Origin: a virus
Taxonomy: Duplodnaviria > Caudoviricetes
Virus record (IMG/VR): IMGVR_UViG_2791354873_000003
Span: 1 to 64,000 of that record
Reading direction: 5' to 3' (one strand)
DNA length: 64,000 bases
This document shows positions 35,351 to 45,700 of the stretch, one piece after another; within the stretch, counting starts at the first letter, position 1; every line of letters begins with the position of its first letter. Under the pieces are notes generated by a model. That model worked only from the letters and a program-made list of their open reading frames with translations. It did not search any database and had not been told where the DNA came from. The position numbers and the translations under genes are program-made.

Positions 35351-38300
35351 ATGACCACCATTGCCTCCCTCGGTCTTCAGATCGATTCCGGTGATGCTGT
35401 TGAGGCCAAGGATAACCTCGACCAGCTGACGGACGCTGGCAAGCGTAGCGAGGAGTCGGCTGGGCGAACTGGTCGCGCCTGGGAAACGGCCCTGGGCAGC
35501 TTGCAGGGCGACACCCGGCAGATCGTGCAGGAGCTGCAGTCGCTTAACGCCAAGCAGGCCGAGCTCGCGCAGCAGATGGCCACTGTGGGCCGCGCAGTTA
35601 CCAGCGCATCCACGGCATTTAGCAGCGCTGCAGCGAACATGGGCTCGTTCCGGGCTGAGGCTGCGCAGGCCGGGCAAGTTCAGCAGGCGCTGACTACCGC
35701 CACGGATGCCGGTGCCCAAGCAGGCCGTCGCGCCGCCGAGTCCGCTGACGAGCAACAGGCCAGGATTCTGGCCGTGGCCAAAGCCTCTTTGGAGGCGAGC
35801 CAGTATGTTCAGACGCTCAATCGGGCCACTGAACAGAGCGCGGAGGTCACCGGCCAGGCGAACGCCGTGCTCTCAGATAGCGCCAGCCGTCAGGCGGCCA
35901 TCAACAGCCGGGCCCAAGCCCTCATCGCAACCGAAGAGCGCCAGGCTGAGGCGGCGAGGAGGACAGCCGGCGCGCATCGGGAAGAAGGCCAGGCACTGGA
36001 AGAGCTACTGGGCAAGATCGACCCGACCATCGCTGCACTGGGCCGTCTGGACCAGATGGAGCAGAGGCTGAAGAGCTTCCGTGCGAGCGGTGCGCTGGAT
36101 GCTGAAACCTTCGGCGAGTACCAGTCAAAGATCGATCAAGCCCGCACGGCCCTGGGAGGCGCAGATACAGCGCTGAACAAGACCGGCATGTCGGCCAAGG
36201 CAACCGCCGCCGCGCTTCGCGGGGTCCCCGCGCAATTCACTGACATCGTCGTCTCCCTGCAAGGCGGTCAGGCGCCGCTCACCGTCTTGCTCCAGCAGGG
36301 CGGGCAGTTGAAGGACATGTTTGGTGGCGTCGGGCCGGCCATCAAGGCCCTCGGCGGCTATGTGCTTGGCTTGGTGAACCCGTTCACGGTCGCGTCTGCA
36401 GCTGTGGGCGTGCTTGGATACGCCTATTACAAGGGCAGCGAGGAGGCCGTCGAATTCCAGAAGGCGCTGATCACGACCGGCAATGCCGCCGGAACTACGT
36501 CGGACCGCCTATCCGGGATGGCGCGCGAGGTTGCGGCCACTGTTGGCACCACCGGCGCCGCGGCAGAGGTGCTCACCCAACTGGCTGGTAGCGGGAAGGT
36601 CGCTTCTGACAGCTTCGTAGAGATCACAGAGGCCGCTCTGGAGTGGCGCTCGGCCACCGGCAAGGCGGTCAAGGAGACCGTGGCCGAGTTCGTTAAGATC
36701 GGCAAGGACCCGGTTGCTGCTGCCAAGGACCTTAACGAGCAGTACAACTTCCTGACCGCTTCGACCTATTCGCAGATCGTTGCTTTGAAGGAACAGGGTG
36801 ACACGATTGGGGCCGCCAAGCTGCTCACCGATACCTACGTCGATACCATCAAGAACCGCAGCAAAGAGGTCACCGAGAACCTGTCGATCTGGGAACGGGG
36901 CTGGAAAGCCCTGCGGGGCGAGGTTGCTGCCACCGTGGACGCGGTCAACAACATCGGTCGGGGTCAGGACATCGCAAGCCGCATCGTCGAGACGCAGCAG
37001 CGCCTAGCAGCGGCCCAGAGTGCGGTGAATGGTGATCCTGACGACACCGCAGCGCAGAAGAAGCTGACCGATGCCAACCTTGAGCTCAAAGCGCTCATCC
37101 AGCAGCGAGACACGCAGCAAGCCATCGCGAGGGCTCAGGAGCTCGATGCCCAACGTCAACAGGCAGCCATTGTCGCGATGGGCAAGATTGACGCTCTGGA
37201 AAAGTCCGCTCGGAGCAACGCCGAGAAGCGCGCGGACGCACTCAAGGAATACACCAAATCCCTGGAGGCGATCCGCAAGGTCAACCCTGAAGATGAGCGA
37301 CTGAAACCTGAAAACATCGCCAAGGTAAAGGCGGACATCGCCAAGCAGTACAAGGACGCGGCTGGCCGCACCACACCGGTCGATCTCACGGGCTTCAACA
37401 CTCAGAAAAACGCTCTTGCCGCCATCCAGGCCGAGTACAAGAACCACCAGAAGGAACTGGACGCCGCACTGAAGGCCGGTCTGATCTCTCAGGAGTCCTA
37501 CGCGTCGCAGCGCGCCGCGATCATCGAGCAGCAGAAGTCCGATGTAACGCATGCTTACGAGGAAGAGATTGCTGCGCTTGAGCAGGCGAAAGGACGCAGC
37601 AGCACCAGCGCGCAGCAGCGCATCCAGCTCGACCAGAAGATAGCGGATGCGCGTGCCGCGATGGTCAAGGCCCAGAAGGACGCCGATACCGAGCTTTCGG
37701 TGCTGGCGACCAACGAGCAAGGGCGGCTGGCTAAGCAGGCCAGGGCAGTGCAGACCTATACGGACGCGCTCAGCCAGCAGGTAACAGCGCTGAGGCTTCA
37801 AGGGCAGCGCTCAGCCGATAACCTTGGCCTTGGTGGTCGCCGGCGAGGGCTTCAGGACCAGCAGTACGGTATCACTGATCGCATTAACCAGCAGCGTCTG
37901 GACTTGGCCAACCAGTACGGCGATGGCTCTCGTGGCATGAGCCTTGATGAGTACAACCAGAAGCTGGCGGCCCTGAACAAAACCGAGAAGGACCTGCAGG
38001 AAACCACCATCGCCAACTACGACCAGATGACGGCCGCGCAGGGCGACTGGCGCAAGGGTGCATCGTCTGCCTTCCAGAATTATCTGGAGCAGGCCCGGGA
38101 TGTAGCCGGGCAGACGCGATCCTTGTTTACCAATGCATTCAGCTCGATGGAGGATGCAGTCGTCAACTTCGCCATGACAGGCAAGTTCTCGTTTGCAGAC
38201 TTCACCAAGTCGATCCTTGCTGACATGGTCAGGATTGAGACGCAGCGCGCTGCCTCTGGGCTGCTTGGCAGTCTGGTGAGCTGGGGTGCCACTGCGGCAT

Positions 38301-38806
38301 CCGCCTACTTTGGAGGTGGCGGTGGTAATGGCATGGAAGCCGGCTCGGCGGGCGCGGTTTCCTCAAATCTCGGAGCCTCTCAAGCTGGTTACTCGTCTGC
38401 TTACGGATTCTCGGACGGCGGCTACACCGGTGCGGGCGGCAAGTATGACCCTGCCGGCATCGTCCACGCTGGTGAGTTTGTGCTTCGCCGCGAGGTAGTC
38501 AGCCAGCCCGGAATGCTCGATTACCTATCAGCCCTCAATAGCCGCGGCTACGCAGACGGTGGCCTGGTATCACCCATGCCGGTCCCTCGGCAGGTCTCTG
38601 GACGGTCTCAGTCAGGCGCGTCTATCAGCGTATCCGCCCCTGTGAGTCTGGTCATGGAGGACAGAAGCAGCGAGGGCATGCAGCTCGATCAAACGCTGCT
38701 TCAGCAGAACATGCAAAAGCAAATGCAGATGGCTGCCGAGAGGGCGGTGGCCGACTCATGGCGCCCAGGTGGCGTCAGCCATCGAAACACCAGCGGGAGG
38801 CGCTGA
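35351..38806 (+). CDS. Tail tape measure protein
   Basis: 1151 aa, Ala/Gln-rich helical; [14 protein letters not shown] and lambda-type C-terminal motifs. Confidence 0.95.
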   Translation: MTTIASLGLQIDSGDAVEAKDNLDQLTDAGKRSEESAGRTGRAWETALGSLQGDTRQIVQELQSLNAKQAELAQQMATVGRAVTSASTAFSSAAANMGSFRAEAAQAGQVQQALTTATDAGAQAGRRAAESADEQQARILAVAKASLEASQYVQTLNRATEQSAEVTGQANAVLSDSASRQAAINSRAQALIATEERQAEAARRTAGAHREEGQALEELLGKIDPTIAALGRLDQMEQRLKSFRASGALDAETFGEYQSKIDQARTALGGADTALNKTGMSAKATAAALRGVPAQFTDIVVSLQGGQAPLTVLLQQGGQLKDMFGGVGPAIKALGGYVLGLVNPFTVASAAVGVLGYAYYKGSEEAVEFQKALITTGNAAGTTSDRLSGMAREVAATVGTTGAAAEVLTQLAGSGKVASDSFVEITEAALEWRSATGKAVKETVAEFVKIGKDPVAAAKDLNEQYNFLTASTYSQIVALKEQGDTIGAAKLLTDTYVDTIKNRSKEVTENLSIWERGWKALRGEVAATVDAVNNIGRGQDIASRIVETQQRLAAAQSAVNGDPDDTAAQKKLTDANLELKALIQQRDTQQAIARAQELDAQRQQAAIVAMGKIDALEKSARSNAEKRADALKEYTKSLEAIRKVNPEDERLKPENIAKVKADIAKQYKDAAGRTTPVDLTGFNTQKNALAAIQAEYKNHQKELDAALKAGLISQESYASQRAAIIEQQKSDVTHAYEEEIAALEQAKGRSSTSAQQRIQLDQKIADARAAMVKAQKDADTELSVLATNEQGRLAKQARAVQTYTDALSQQVTALRLQGQRSADNLGLGGRRRGLQDQQYGITDRINQQRLDLANQYGDGSRGMSLDEYNQKLAALNKTEKDLQETTIANYDQMTAAQGDWRKGASSAFQNYLEQARDVAGQTRSLFTNAFSSMEDAVVNFAMTGKFSFADFTKSILADMVRIETQRAASGLLGSLVSWGATAASAYFGGGGGNGMEAGSAGAVSSNLGASQAGYSSAYGFSDGGYTGAGGKYDPAGIVHAGEFVLRREVVSQPGMLDYLSALNSRGYADGGLVSPMPVPRQVSGRSQSGASISVSAPVSLVMEDRSSEGMQLDQTLLQQNMQKQMQMAAERAVADSWRPGGVSHRNTSGRR

Positions 38807-39144
38807 TGGCCATCGAGAAATTCAGCTGGCCAACCCAGCGTGGGGAAACGCCGGAGATCAGCTACCGCACCCGCGAATCCCGGTTTGGTGGCGGGTACCG
38901 GCAGGTGGTTGGTGACGGTCCTAACAACAAGGAAGACAGCTACCCCATCACTGTCACCGGTACCAAGGCCCAAGTACGCAAGATCATGGAGTTCTTCGAC
39001 AGGCACGGCGGCGCTAAGGCTTTTCTCTGGACTACGCCACTCGGAGATTTGGGGCTATTCACCTGCAAAGACCCCAAGCCTACCCCAGTGGGTGGTGGTC
39101 GTTTCAAAGTGACCGCCACCCTCGAGCGGGCTTTTCACCCATAA
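38806..39144 (+). CDS. Distal tail protein (gpM-like)
   Basis: FG.GY.Q...DG.N and FL..H.G.KAF.WT.P-type motifs. Confidence 0.88.
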   Translation: MAIEKFSWPTQRGETPEISYRTRESRFGGGYRQVVGDGPNNKEDSYPITVTGTKAQVRKIMEFFDRHGGAKAFLWTTPLGDLGLFTCKDPKPTPVGGGRFKVTATLERAFHP

Positions 39145-39153
39145 GGAACCAGC

Positions 39154-39903
39154 ATGTCACTGATCAAGGACATCCAGACCCTGGAGCCTGGCAACGAGGT
39201 GCTGCTGTTCGAACTCGACGGTTCGGACTTCGGCGCCGACACCCTTCGCTTCCATGGCCATGCGATTCCTCATGCCCCCGAGGAACTGCGAGCAACCGGC
39301 GCCAATGCCGACCAACTGCAGGCCAAGTCCATATGGTGGCAGGGCAACGAGTACAGCGCCTGGCCAGTGCAGATTGAAGGCATCGAGGCGAACTCCGACG
39401 GCACTGCGGTGCGGCCGACGTTCAGCGTGGGCAACGTCAGTGGCCGGATCACGGCGCTGTGCTTGGCCTTCGACAATCTGCTCGAATTCAAGCTGACCAT
39501 GCGGCACACCTTCGCCGAGTACCTGGACGCTGCGAATTTCTCTGGCGGCAACCCCTCCGCAGATCCGGCAGAGGAGGCGATCGAAGTCTGGTATATCGAT
39601 CAGAAGGTGTCCGAGAGCGGCACCACTGTGGCCTGGGAGCTTGCAAGCCCAGGCGATGTGGGTGGCGAAACGATTGGGCGTCAGATGACGCAGCTATGCC
39701 ATTGGGCGATGACGGCAGGGTACCGTGGGCCAAACTGTGGCTATACCGGACCCTACTACGACATGGATGGGAACCTGACCTCGGACCCAGCCAAGGATCA
39801 ATGCAACGGCTGTCTGGACACTGGTTGCACCGTCCGGCATGGCCAGGGCAACGAACTTCCCTTCGGCGGCTTTCCTGCCGTCTCGCTGATCGCCCGGAGC
39901 TGA
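39154..39903 (+). CDS. Minor tail protein L-like
   Basis: Q.LEPG..V.LFE.D start; C-terminal Cys cluster and LPFGGFP. Confidence 0.92.
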   Translation: MSLIKDIQTLEPGNEVLLFELDGSDFGADTLRFHGHAIPHAPEELRATGANADQLQAKSIWWQGNEYSAWPVQIEGIEANSDGTAVRPTFSVGNVSGRITALCLAFDNLLEFKLTMRHTFAEYLDAANFSGGNPSADPAEEAIEVWYIDQKVSESGTTVAWELASPGDVGGETIGRQMTQLCHWAMTAGYRGPNCGYTGPYYDMDGNLTSDPAKDQCNGCLDTGCTVRHGQGNELPFGGFPAVSLIARS

Positions 39904-39905
39904 CC

Positions 39906-40661
39906 ATGCGCAAACACATACTCGCCGCCTTGCAGGCGCACGCAGCGGCTGAATACCCGCGCGAGTGTTGCGGGCTGCTGTTGCAGGTTGGCCACAGGCA
40001 GGTCTATCACCCATGCACCAACGCATCTAACGATCCGACTGAGGAGTTCCGGATTGCACCAGAGCAGTACGCTGAGGCGGAGGACATGGGCGACGTGATT
40101 GGAATCGTTCACTCACACCCCGACGCGACCAGCAGGCCGTCGCCGCGCGACCTGGCAATGTGCGAGGCCACTGGCCTGCCCTGGTACATCTTGTCGTGGC
40201 CGGAGGGTGACCTGCGCACGATCACGCCCACCGGAAGAACGCCGCTGCTGGGGCGCCCGTTTGTGCACGGCGCATGGGACTGCTGGCAGACCTGCGCCGA
40301 TTGGTACGAGCGTGAATGGGGGCTGGAGTTTCCCGCCTACGCCCGGGAAGAGGGCTGGTGGGAGAATGCTGACGGCCCCAGTCTGTACGAGCAGGCCTAT
40401 GAGGCTGCTGGCTTCTACCAGGTGAGCCAGCCACAACGCGGTGACTTGGTCGTCATGGCCGTGGGGCGCACTGCCCATCCAAACCATGCGGGCATCTACC
40501 TGGGCGCTAATGCCCAACTGCCAGGCGAGGTGGGCCAGGTCTTCGGGCCGGGCCCATTCATGCTGCACCACCTGCTAGGGCGGCCATCGGAAATCATCGT
40601 GTTCGGCGGCCCATGGCTCGACCGGGCGCGCCTTGTGTTGCGTCATCGGGACGCCAAATGA
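39906..40661 (+). CDS. Tail assembly protein K-like (JAB plus NlpC/P60)
   Basis: YPRECCG, HSHPD, DCW and NHAGIY motifs. Confidence 0.92.
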   Translation: MRKHILAALQAHAAAEYPRECCGLLLQVGHRQVYHPCTNASNDPTEEFRIAPEQYAEAEDMGDVIGIVHSHPDATSRPSPRDLAMCEATGLPWYILSWPEGDLRTITPTGRTPLLGRPFVHGAWDCWQTCADWYEREWGLEFPAYAREEGWWENADGPSLYEQAYEAAGFYQVSQPQRGDLVVMAVGRTAHPNHAGIYLGANAQLPGEVGQVFGPGPFMLHHLLGRPSEIIVFGGPWLDRARLVLRHRDAK

Positions 40662-40686
40662 AGCGGCATAGCCGTAGGAGTAGATA

Positions 40687-40797
40687 ATGGAAGCGAAAAC
40701 CGTAGCTTCTTATGTGCCTGCCGGAAAGGGTGCAGGCCTTGAAGGTAAAAAGGCCGAGCCGAAGCCCAGCCCTGTCCCAATTACTTGTGCTGATTGA
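40687..40797 (+). CDS. 36-aa peptide (uncertain)
   Basis: AGGAG SD; MEAKTVASYVPAGKG...ITCAD*. Confidence 0.35.
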   Translation: MEAKTVASYVPAGKGAGLEGKKAEPKPSPVPITCAD

Positions 40798-41008
40798 AAA
40801 CCAAGTTGATGCGGTCAACGTCTGGCGCAGTAGCTCCACCTTGGCCCATTTGCTGGGCAACTGCCAATGCGAATTGGCGTGCTGATTCAATACCTTCAGC
40901 GCCCTGTGATTCGCGAAGCTGTTGAAGCAGGCCCGCGATGATGCAACTGATAGTCTTGATATCGTCGCCGTGGGAGTTGATTGCATCGATAACTCGTTGC
41001 TCGGTCAT
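40781..41008 (-). CDS. 75-aa hypothetical protein, antisense moron
   Basis: AAGGA SD; preceded by the conserved leader element. Confidence 0.7.
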   Translation of the reverse strand: MTEQRVIDAINSHGDDIKTISCIIAGLLQQLRESQGAEGIESARQFALAVAQQMGQGGATAPDVDRINLVFNQHK

Positions 41009-41027
41009 GGAGTATCCTTACTAATTT

Positions 41028-41098
41028 GCCCCAGTCCATGGGCTTTCCTGCAGCGAACCGGGGCGGGTCGTTGGGAGGCACAACGCTACTACGGCATG
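41028..41098 (-). promoter_or_regulatory. Conserved promoter plus structured leader element, copy 1
   Basis: 63 of 71 positions identical to 61818-61886; TAGCGT -10-like hexamer; 10-bp stem with an inner GGA loop. Confidence 0.6.
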
Positions 41099-41250
41099 GA
41101 GAGACGCGATACTGGCATTGTGTACACGCTGTATAAGTGGTCAGCGCTAATTAAAGGGAATCGTGTCCGATGATCCGGAATAAAACTTCTCTGGCGCAGA
41201 TGAGCGCACACTCGGAGAAGCTCAGAGCTTCTGAGCATTGAGAGGTGCGT

Positions 41251-41481
41251 ATGTCCAGAGACAGATATGGCGTAGACAGTGAAAGGCCGATCAGCGACAC
41301 AGGCGGCCAGGGAACGTCGCCAGAGCGTTCTGATAAGCCTTCAAACCAATCTCGCCCAGAGGACCGTGACGACTATTTCGACAAACCTCCCTTTCGGAAA
41401 GAACAGGGGCAACGGACGCCGGATCCATCGAGGACATCCCCTGCGGAGCGCTATAGCTACCACAAGCGACCATTGGAATAA
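41251..41481 (+). CDS. Hydrophilic low-complexity hypothetical protein
   Basis: GAGGTG SD; R/D/P/S-rich; followed by a terminator. Confidence 0.5.
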   Translation: MSRDRYGVDSERPISDTGGQGTSPERSDKPSNQSRPEDRDDYFDKPPFRKEQGQRTPDPSRTSPAERYSYHKRPLE

Positions 41482-41508
41482 TTGCTAGCTCTTACAGAGC
41501 ATGATGAG

Positions 41509-41533
41509 AGCCCAGCCCCGCGCTGGGCTTTTT
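41509..41533 (+). terminator. Rho-independent terminator (twin at 62326-62349)
   Basis: AGCCCAG-N7-CTGGGCT followed by TTTT. Confidence 0.75.
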
Positions 41534-41594
41534 GCATCTGCACAGGCCCAGGCTGCGCTGTGGTAGATTCCCTCGATCATCAAGGAGGGTTTAC

Positions 41595-42017
41595 ATGCGG
41601 ATTTTAATCGGAGCACTGGGGCTGGCTTTTCTGGCGGGATGTACAACATCGGTCATTTCAGTACAGCAAGCTCAGCCAGTGCCTAGGGATGAGATCTATG
41701 CTTACCAGGTGAGATCCGCATCGAGCGATGGTGCGCTCACCGTTGTACGAGATTCAGGCATGCTCGGCTCCGGTTGCGACATCGTTGTATACATCGATGG
41801 GAAAAAGTCGGCGAAGGTTGGGCCCTCTCAAAAAGCCACTTTCTACTTGCCGGCGGGACAGCCGAACTTGGGAATAGGACTGGCTGGATCAGGCCTCTGC
41901 GCAGGTATGGCCATCCGCTCCATCACCGGCAGCGTTGAGTCGGGCAAGGAGACTATCTACCGGATCAGCGGAGACATGAGTGGTGTCTACATAGGTCCCT
42001 ACCTCCAATACAACTGA
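41595..42017 (+). CDS. Lipoprotein moron
   Basis: Lipobox LAGC; AAGGAGG SD; flanked by terminators. Confidence 0.85.
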   Translation: MRILIGALGLAFLAGCTTSVISVQQAQPVPRDEIYAYQVRSASSDGALTVVRDSGMLGSGCDIVVYIDGKKSAKVGPSQKATFYLPAGQPNLGIGLAGSGLCAGMAIRSITGSVESGKETIYRISGDMSGVYIGPYLQYN

Positions 42018-42018
42018 C

Positions 42019-42040
42019 AAACCGCCTTCGGGCGGTTTTT
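42019..42040 (+). terminator. Rho-independent terminator
   Basis: AAACCGCC-TTCG-GGCGGTTT followed by TT. Confidence 0.85.
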
Positions 42041-42058
42041 AATGCCTGGAGAAATTCG

Positions 42059-42655
42059 ATGGCAACTGCACTCAACACTGGTTTGATGACGATAAAGCTG
42101 TCCGGTCCGCTTGTTCGACGGTTCGGTCGGGTACATCGGCGCGTGATTGACACCGGTACTGTAAAGGAGGTGTTTTCAGCGCTTCGGGCAACCCTCCCAG
42201 GGTTCGAGAGGGAGATTAGGAGGCTTGATTCCCTGGGCATGCGCTTCGCGATCTTTCGTAATGGGAAAAATATTGGGCCTGCAGAGTTCGAACGGTCAGG
42301 TACCCAGGAGATTCGTATAGTGCCGGTGGTCGGCGGCAGCAAGCGCGGAGGGGTGCTGCAGACGATTGTAGGAATCGTCATGATCGTGGCTGGCGCGTTT
42401 TTAAGTGCAACGCCATTTGGCGCCCCGCTGATCGGGGCAGGCATAGGACTAGTCGCTGGCGGCGTAATTCAAATGCTCAGCCCCCAGGCCAAGGGCCTAT
42501 CCCAAAGCGCCGCGCCAGAAAACCTACCGTCGTACGCCTTCGGCAGCGCCAAGAACACCACGGCCAGCGGCAACCCCGTCCCGATCTGCATCGGCGAACG
42601 ACGCTGGGGTGGGGCAATCATCTCTGCCTCGATCGAGGCGCAGGACAAGGCATAG
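42059..42655 (+). CDS. Tail assembly protein I-like
   Basis: I.L.G.L...FGR, IRIVPVV.GSK and G.PVPIC.GE motifs. Confidence 0.92.
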   Translation: MATALNTGLMTIKLSGPLVRRFGRVHRRVIDTGTVKEVFSALRATLPGFEREIRRLDSLGMRFAIFRNGKNIGPAEFERSGTQEIRIVPVVGGSKRGGVLQTIVGIVMIVAGAFLSATPFGAPLIGAGIGLVAGGVIQMLSPQAKGLSQSAAPENLPSYAFGSAKNTTASGNPVPICIGERRWGGAIISASIEAQDKA

Positions 42656-42673
42656 CGCCAAAAGAATGCACAG

Positions 42674-42696
42674 ACCGCCAGTTGGCGGTTTTTTTT
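42674..42696 (+). terminator. Terminator-like hairpin between I and J
   Basis: ACCGCC-AGTT-GGCGGT followed by a T run. Confidence 0.7.
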
Positions 42697-42711
42697 CGCC
42701 CGGAGGAAAGC

Positions 42712-45700
42712 ATGGGCCCAGTAGATCACCTGGAAATTGTCGGCGCCAAAGGCGGCGAGAGCCAGCCAAAGCAGGCAGTGGAGTCGCCGGACAGCTTGCG
42801 CTCGACGAACATCGCCAAGATTCTGCTGGCAGTGGGCGAAGGCGAATTCGATGGGGTACCCACCGACCGGGACATCTACCTCGACAACACCCCGATCGCT
42901 GATGCCAGCGGCAATGTGAACTTCCCAGGTGTGAAGTGGGAGTGGCGCCCGGGCTCCGTTGAGCAGAGTTACATCCAGGGCATCCCGTCGGTGGAGAACG
43001 AAACCTCCGTCAACGTTGAGCTGCGCAGTGACAACCCGTTCACTCGCGCCCTGAGCAACACCCAGCTCTCGGCTGTTCGCGTGCGCATGTCCTGGCCGCG
43101 CCTGGCCAAGCAGGAGAGCAATGGGGACACCAGGGGCTATCGCATCGAGTACGCGATCGATATCGCTACAGACGGTGGCGCTTATGTCGAGGCTCATCTT
43201 GGCGCCGTTGATGGCAAGTCCACTAACGGCTACCAGCGCTCGGTGCGCGTGAATCTGCCCAAGGCAACTTCCGGGTGGATGCTGCGTGTGCGCCGACTCA
43301 CGCCGAACGCGAACAGCGGTACCGTGGCCGATACCATGACCGTGGCGGGCTACACCGAGATCATCGACCAGAAGATCCGGTACCCGAATACGGCCTTGCT
43401 GTACATCGAGTTCGATGCCCAGCAGTTCCAGAACATCCCGGCGGTGACGGTGAAGTGCAAGGCCAAGCGCTGGCCGGTACCGAGCACTTACGATCCGATC
43501 ACCCGCACCTACAGCGGTGTTTGGGACGGTACGTTCAAGCTGGCCTGGACCAACAACCCTGCTTTCGTGACCTATGGCCTGTGCGTGGAAGACCGCTTCG
43601 GCCTGGGCAAGCGCATCAAGCCGTGGATGGTCGACAAGTGGGAGATGTACCGCATCGCCCAGTACTGCGACCAGCTTGTGCCGGACGGTGTGGGCGGTCA
43701 GGAGCCGCGCTTCCTCTGCGACATGAACCTGCAGGGCCGTGCCGAGGCATGGACGCTGCTGCGCGACCTATCGGCGATCTATCGGGGCATGGTGTATTGG
43801 GCCCACGGTTCGCTGTTCATGCAGGCGGACATGCCGCGCGCGCAGGACATCGACTACGTCTTCACCAGGTCGAACGTGATCGATGGTGAGTTCGTTTATG
43901 GCGGGGCCGAGCGCAGCACGCACTACAGCCGCTCCCTGGTCAGCTACGACAATCCGGCCAACAACTACGACACCGACGTTATTCCGGTGACAGATAACGC
44001 ACTGCAGCGCCGGTACCGGGACCGCCCAATCGAGCTTTCCGCGATCGGCTGCACCCGGGCATCCGAGGCTCAGCGCCGCGGTAAATGGGCGCTGCTGAGC
44101 AATAGCCAGGATCGCACCGTTACGTTCAAGACCGGCATGGAGGGCCGTATCCCGCTGCCTGGGTTCGTCATTCCCGTGGCGGACGAGTTGGTAGCAGGCC
44201 GTCCAAACGGCGGTCGCATTTCCTCGGCTGCTGGCCGCGTCGTGACGCTGGACCGTAACACCCCGATCAAGGCCGGCGACCGGCTGATCGTGAATCTGCC
44301 CAACGGTACCGCCCAGGCGCGGACCGTGCACTCCGTCGCGGGACGGGCTGTGACCGTCACCACCGAGTACAGCCTGCAACCCGAACCAGAATTGCAGTGG
44401 GCGATTGACTACGACGACCTGGCCGTACAGCTGTTCCGGGTGCTCAAGACCACCCGCACCCAGGAGGGCAACTACGAAATCACTGCGCTCGAGTTCAACC
44501 CGAGCAAGTTCGCTGCGATCGACACCGGTGCGAAGCTGGATGAGCGTCCGATCAGCGTCATCCCGGTGACCACCGTGGCGCCTCCGGCCAGCGTATCGCT
44601 GTCGTCCGGCCACATGATCGACCAGGGCATCGCGGTCAGCACCATGACCATTGCCTGGCCGGCAGTGGCGGGCGCCGTTGCCTACGATGTCGAGTGGCGC
44701 AAGGACAATGGCAACTGGGTCCGCTTGCAGCGCACTGGTGCCGCGTCTGTGGACGTGGTCGGCATCTACGCTGGCGCATACCTGGCCCGCGTCCGTTCGG
44801 TCAGTGCATTCGATATCACCTCGATCTGGAAAAGCTCGGATCTGACCCAGCTGAACGGCAAGGAAGGGTTGCCGCCGGCCGTTACGTTCCTGACCACCGA
44901 GAGCTTGCTGTTCGGTATCGGGATCAAGTGGGGACTGCCTGCCGGCGCCGAAGACACCGAGCGTACCGAACTGTGGTACAGCGAAGGCACCGACCTCGGC
45001 GCGGCAACCAAGCTTGCTGACTTGGCCTATCCGCAGAGTGAGCATGTCATGCAGGGCCTGCGCGCGGGCCAGCGCTTCTTCTTCTGGGCACGCCTGGTGG
45101 ACCGGTCCGGTAATGTTGGGCCGTTCTTCCCGGTGGCGCCGACCGTGGTTACCGGCATCGCCAGTGCCGATGCTGGCCCGATCCTCGAGCAGATCAAGGA
45201 CCAGATCACCGAGAGCGAGCTGGGCAAGGAGCTCACTGGCCGCATTGATCTGATCGACAAGAACGGACCTGGCTCGGTGAACGAGCGGGTAGGGGCGGCG
45301 AAGACCGAGTTGGCCAAGCAGGTCGGCGAGGTGAACAACGCCCTCAACACCGTAAAGGGCAACCTCGAGCAGCAAATCACGGCTGTGAGCGCGGACGTTT
45401 CCGCCTCCAAGACCGAGCTGCAGCAGCAGATCGCCAATATCTCGGCCCTGGCCGGCTCCCTGCCGTATCGCAAGGACAAGGCCTACAGCGTCGGCCAAAG
45501 CGCCCTGGGCAGTGATGGCAAGCTATACCAGGCCCTGAAAGCGGTACCGTTGAACACGCCACCGCCGAACGCCACCTACTGGACTGATGTTGGCCAGGCG
45601 GCGGTGACTGCCAGCGGCATGGCCGCGCGGGTTTCGAAGGTCGAAACCGATGTGTCGACGCTGGACGGCAAGGTGACTGCGCAGGCATCGCAGATCAGTG

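Noticed and set aside
40594-40986. 130-aa plus-strand ORF
   Set aside because: Overlaps gene K and the better supported minus-strand 75-aa gene; no SD.
43768-45498. 576-aa minus-strand ORF inside TipJ
   Set aside because: Antisense shadow from codon bias; no SD or recognisable domain.
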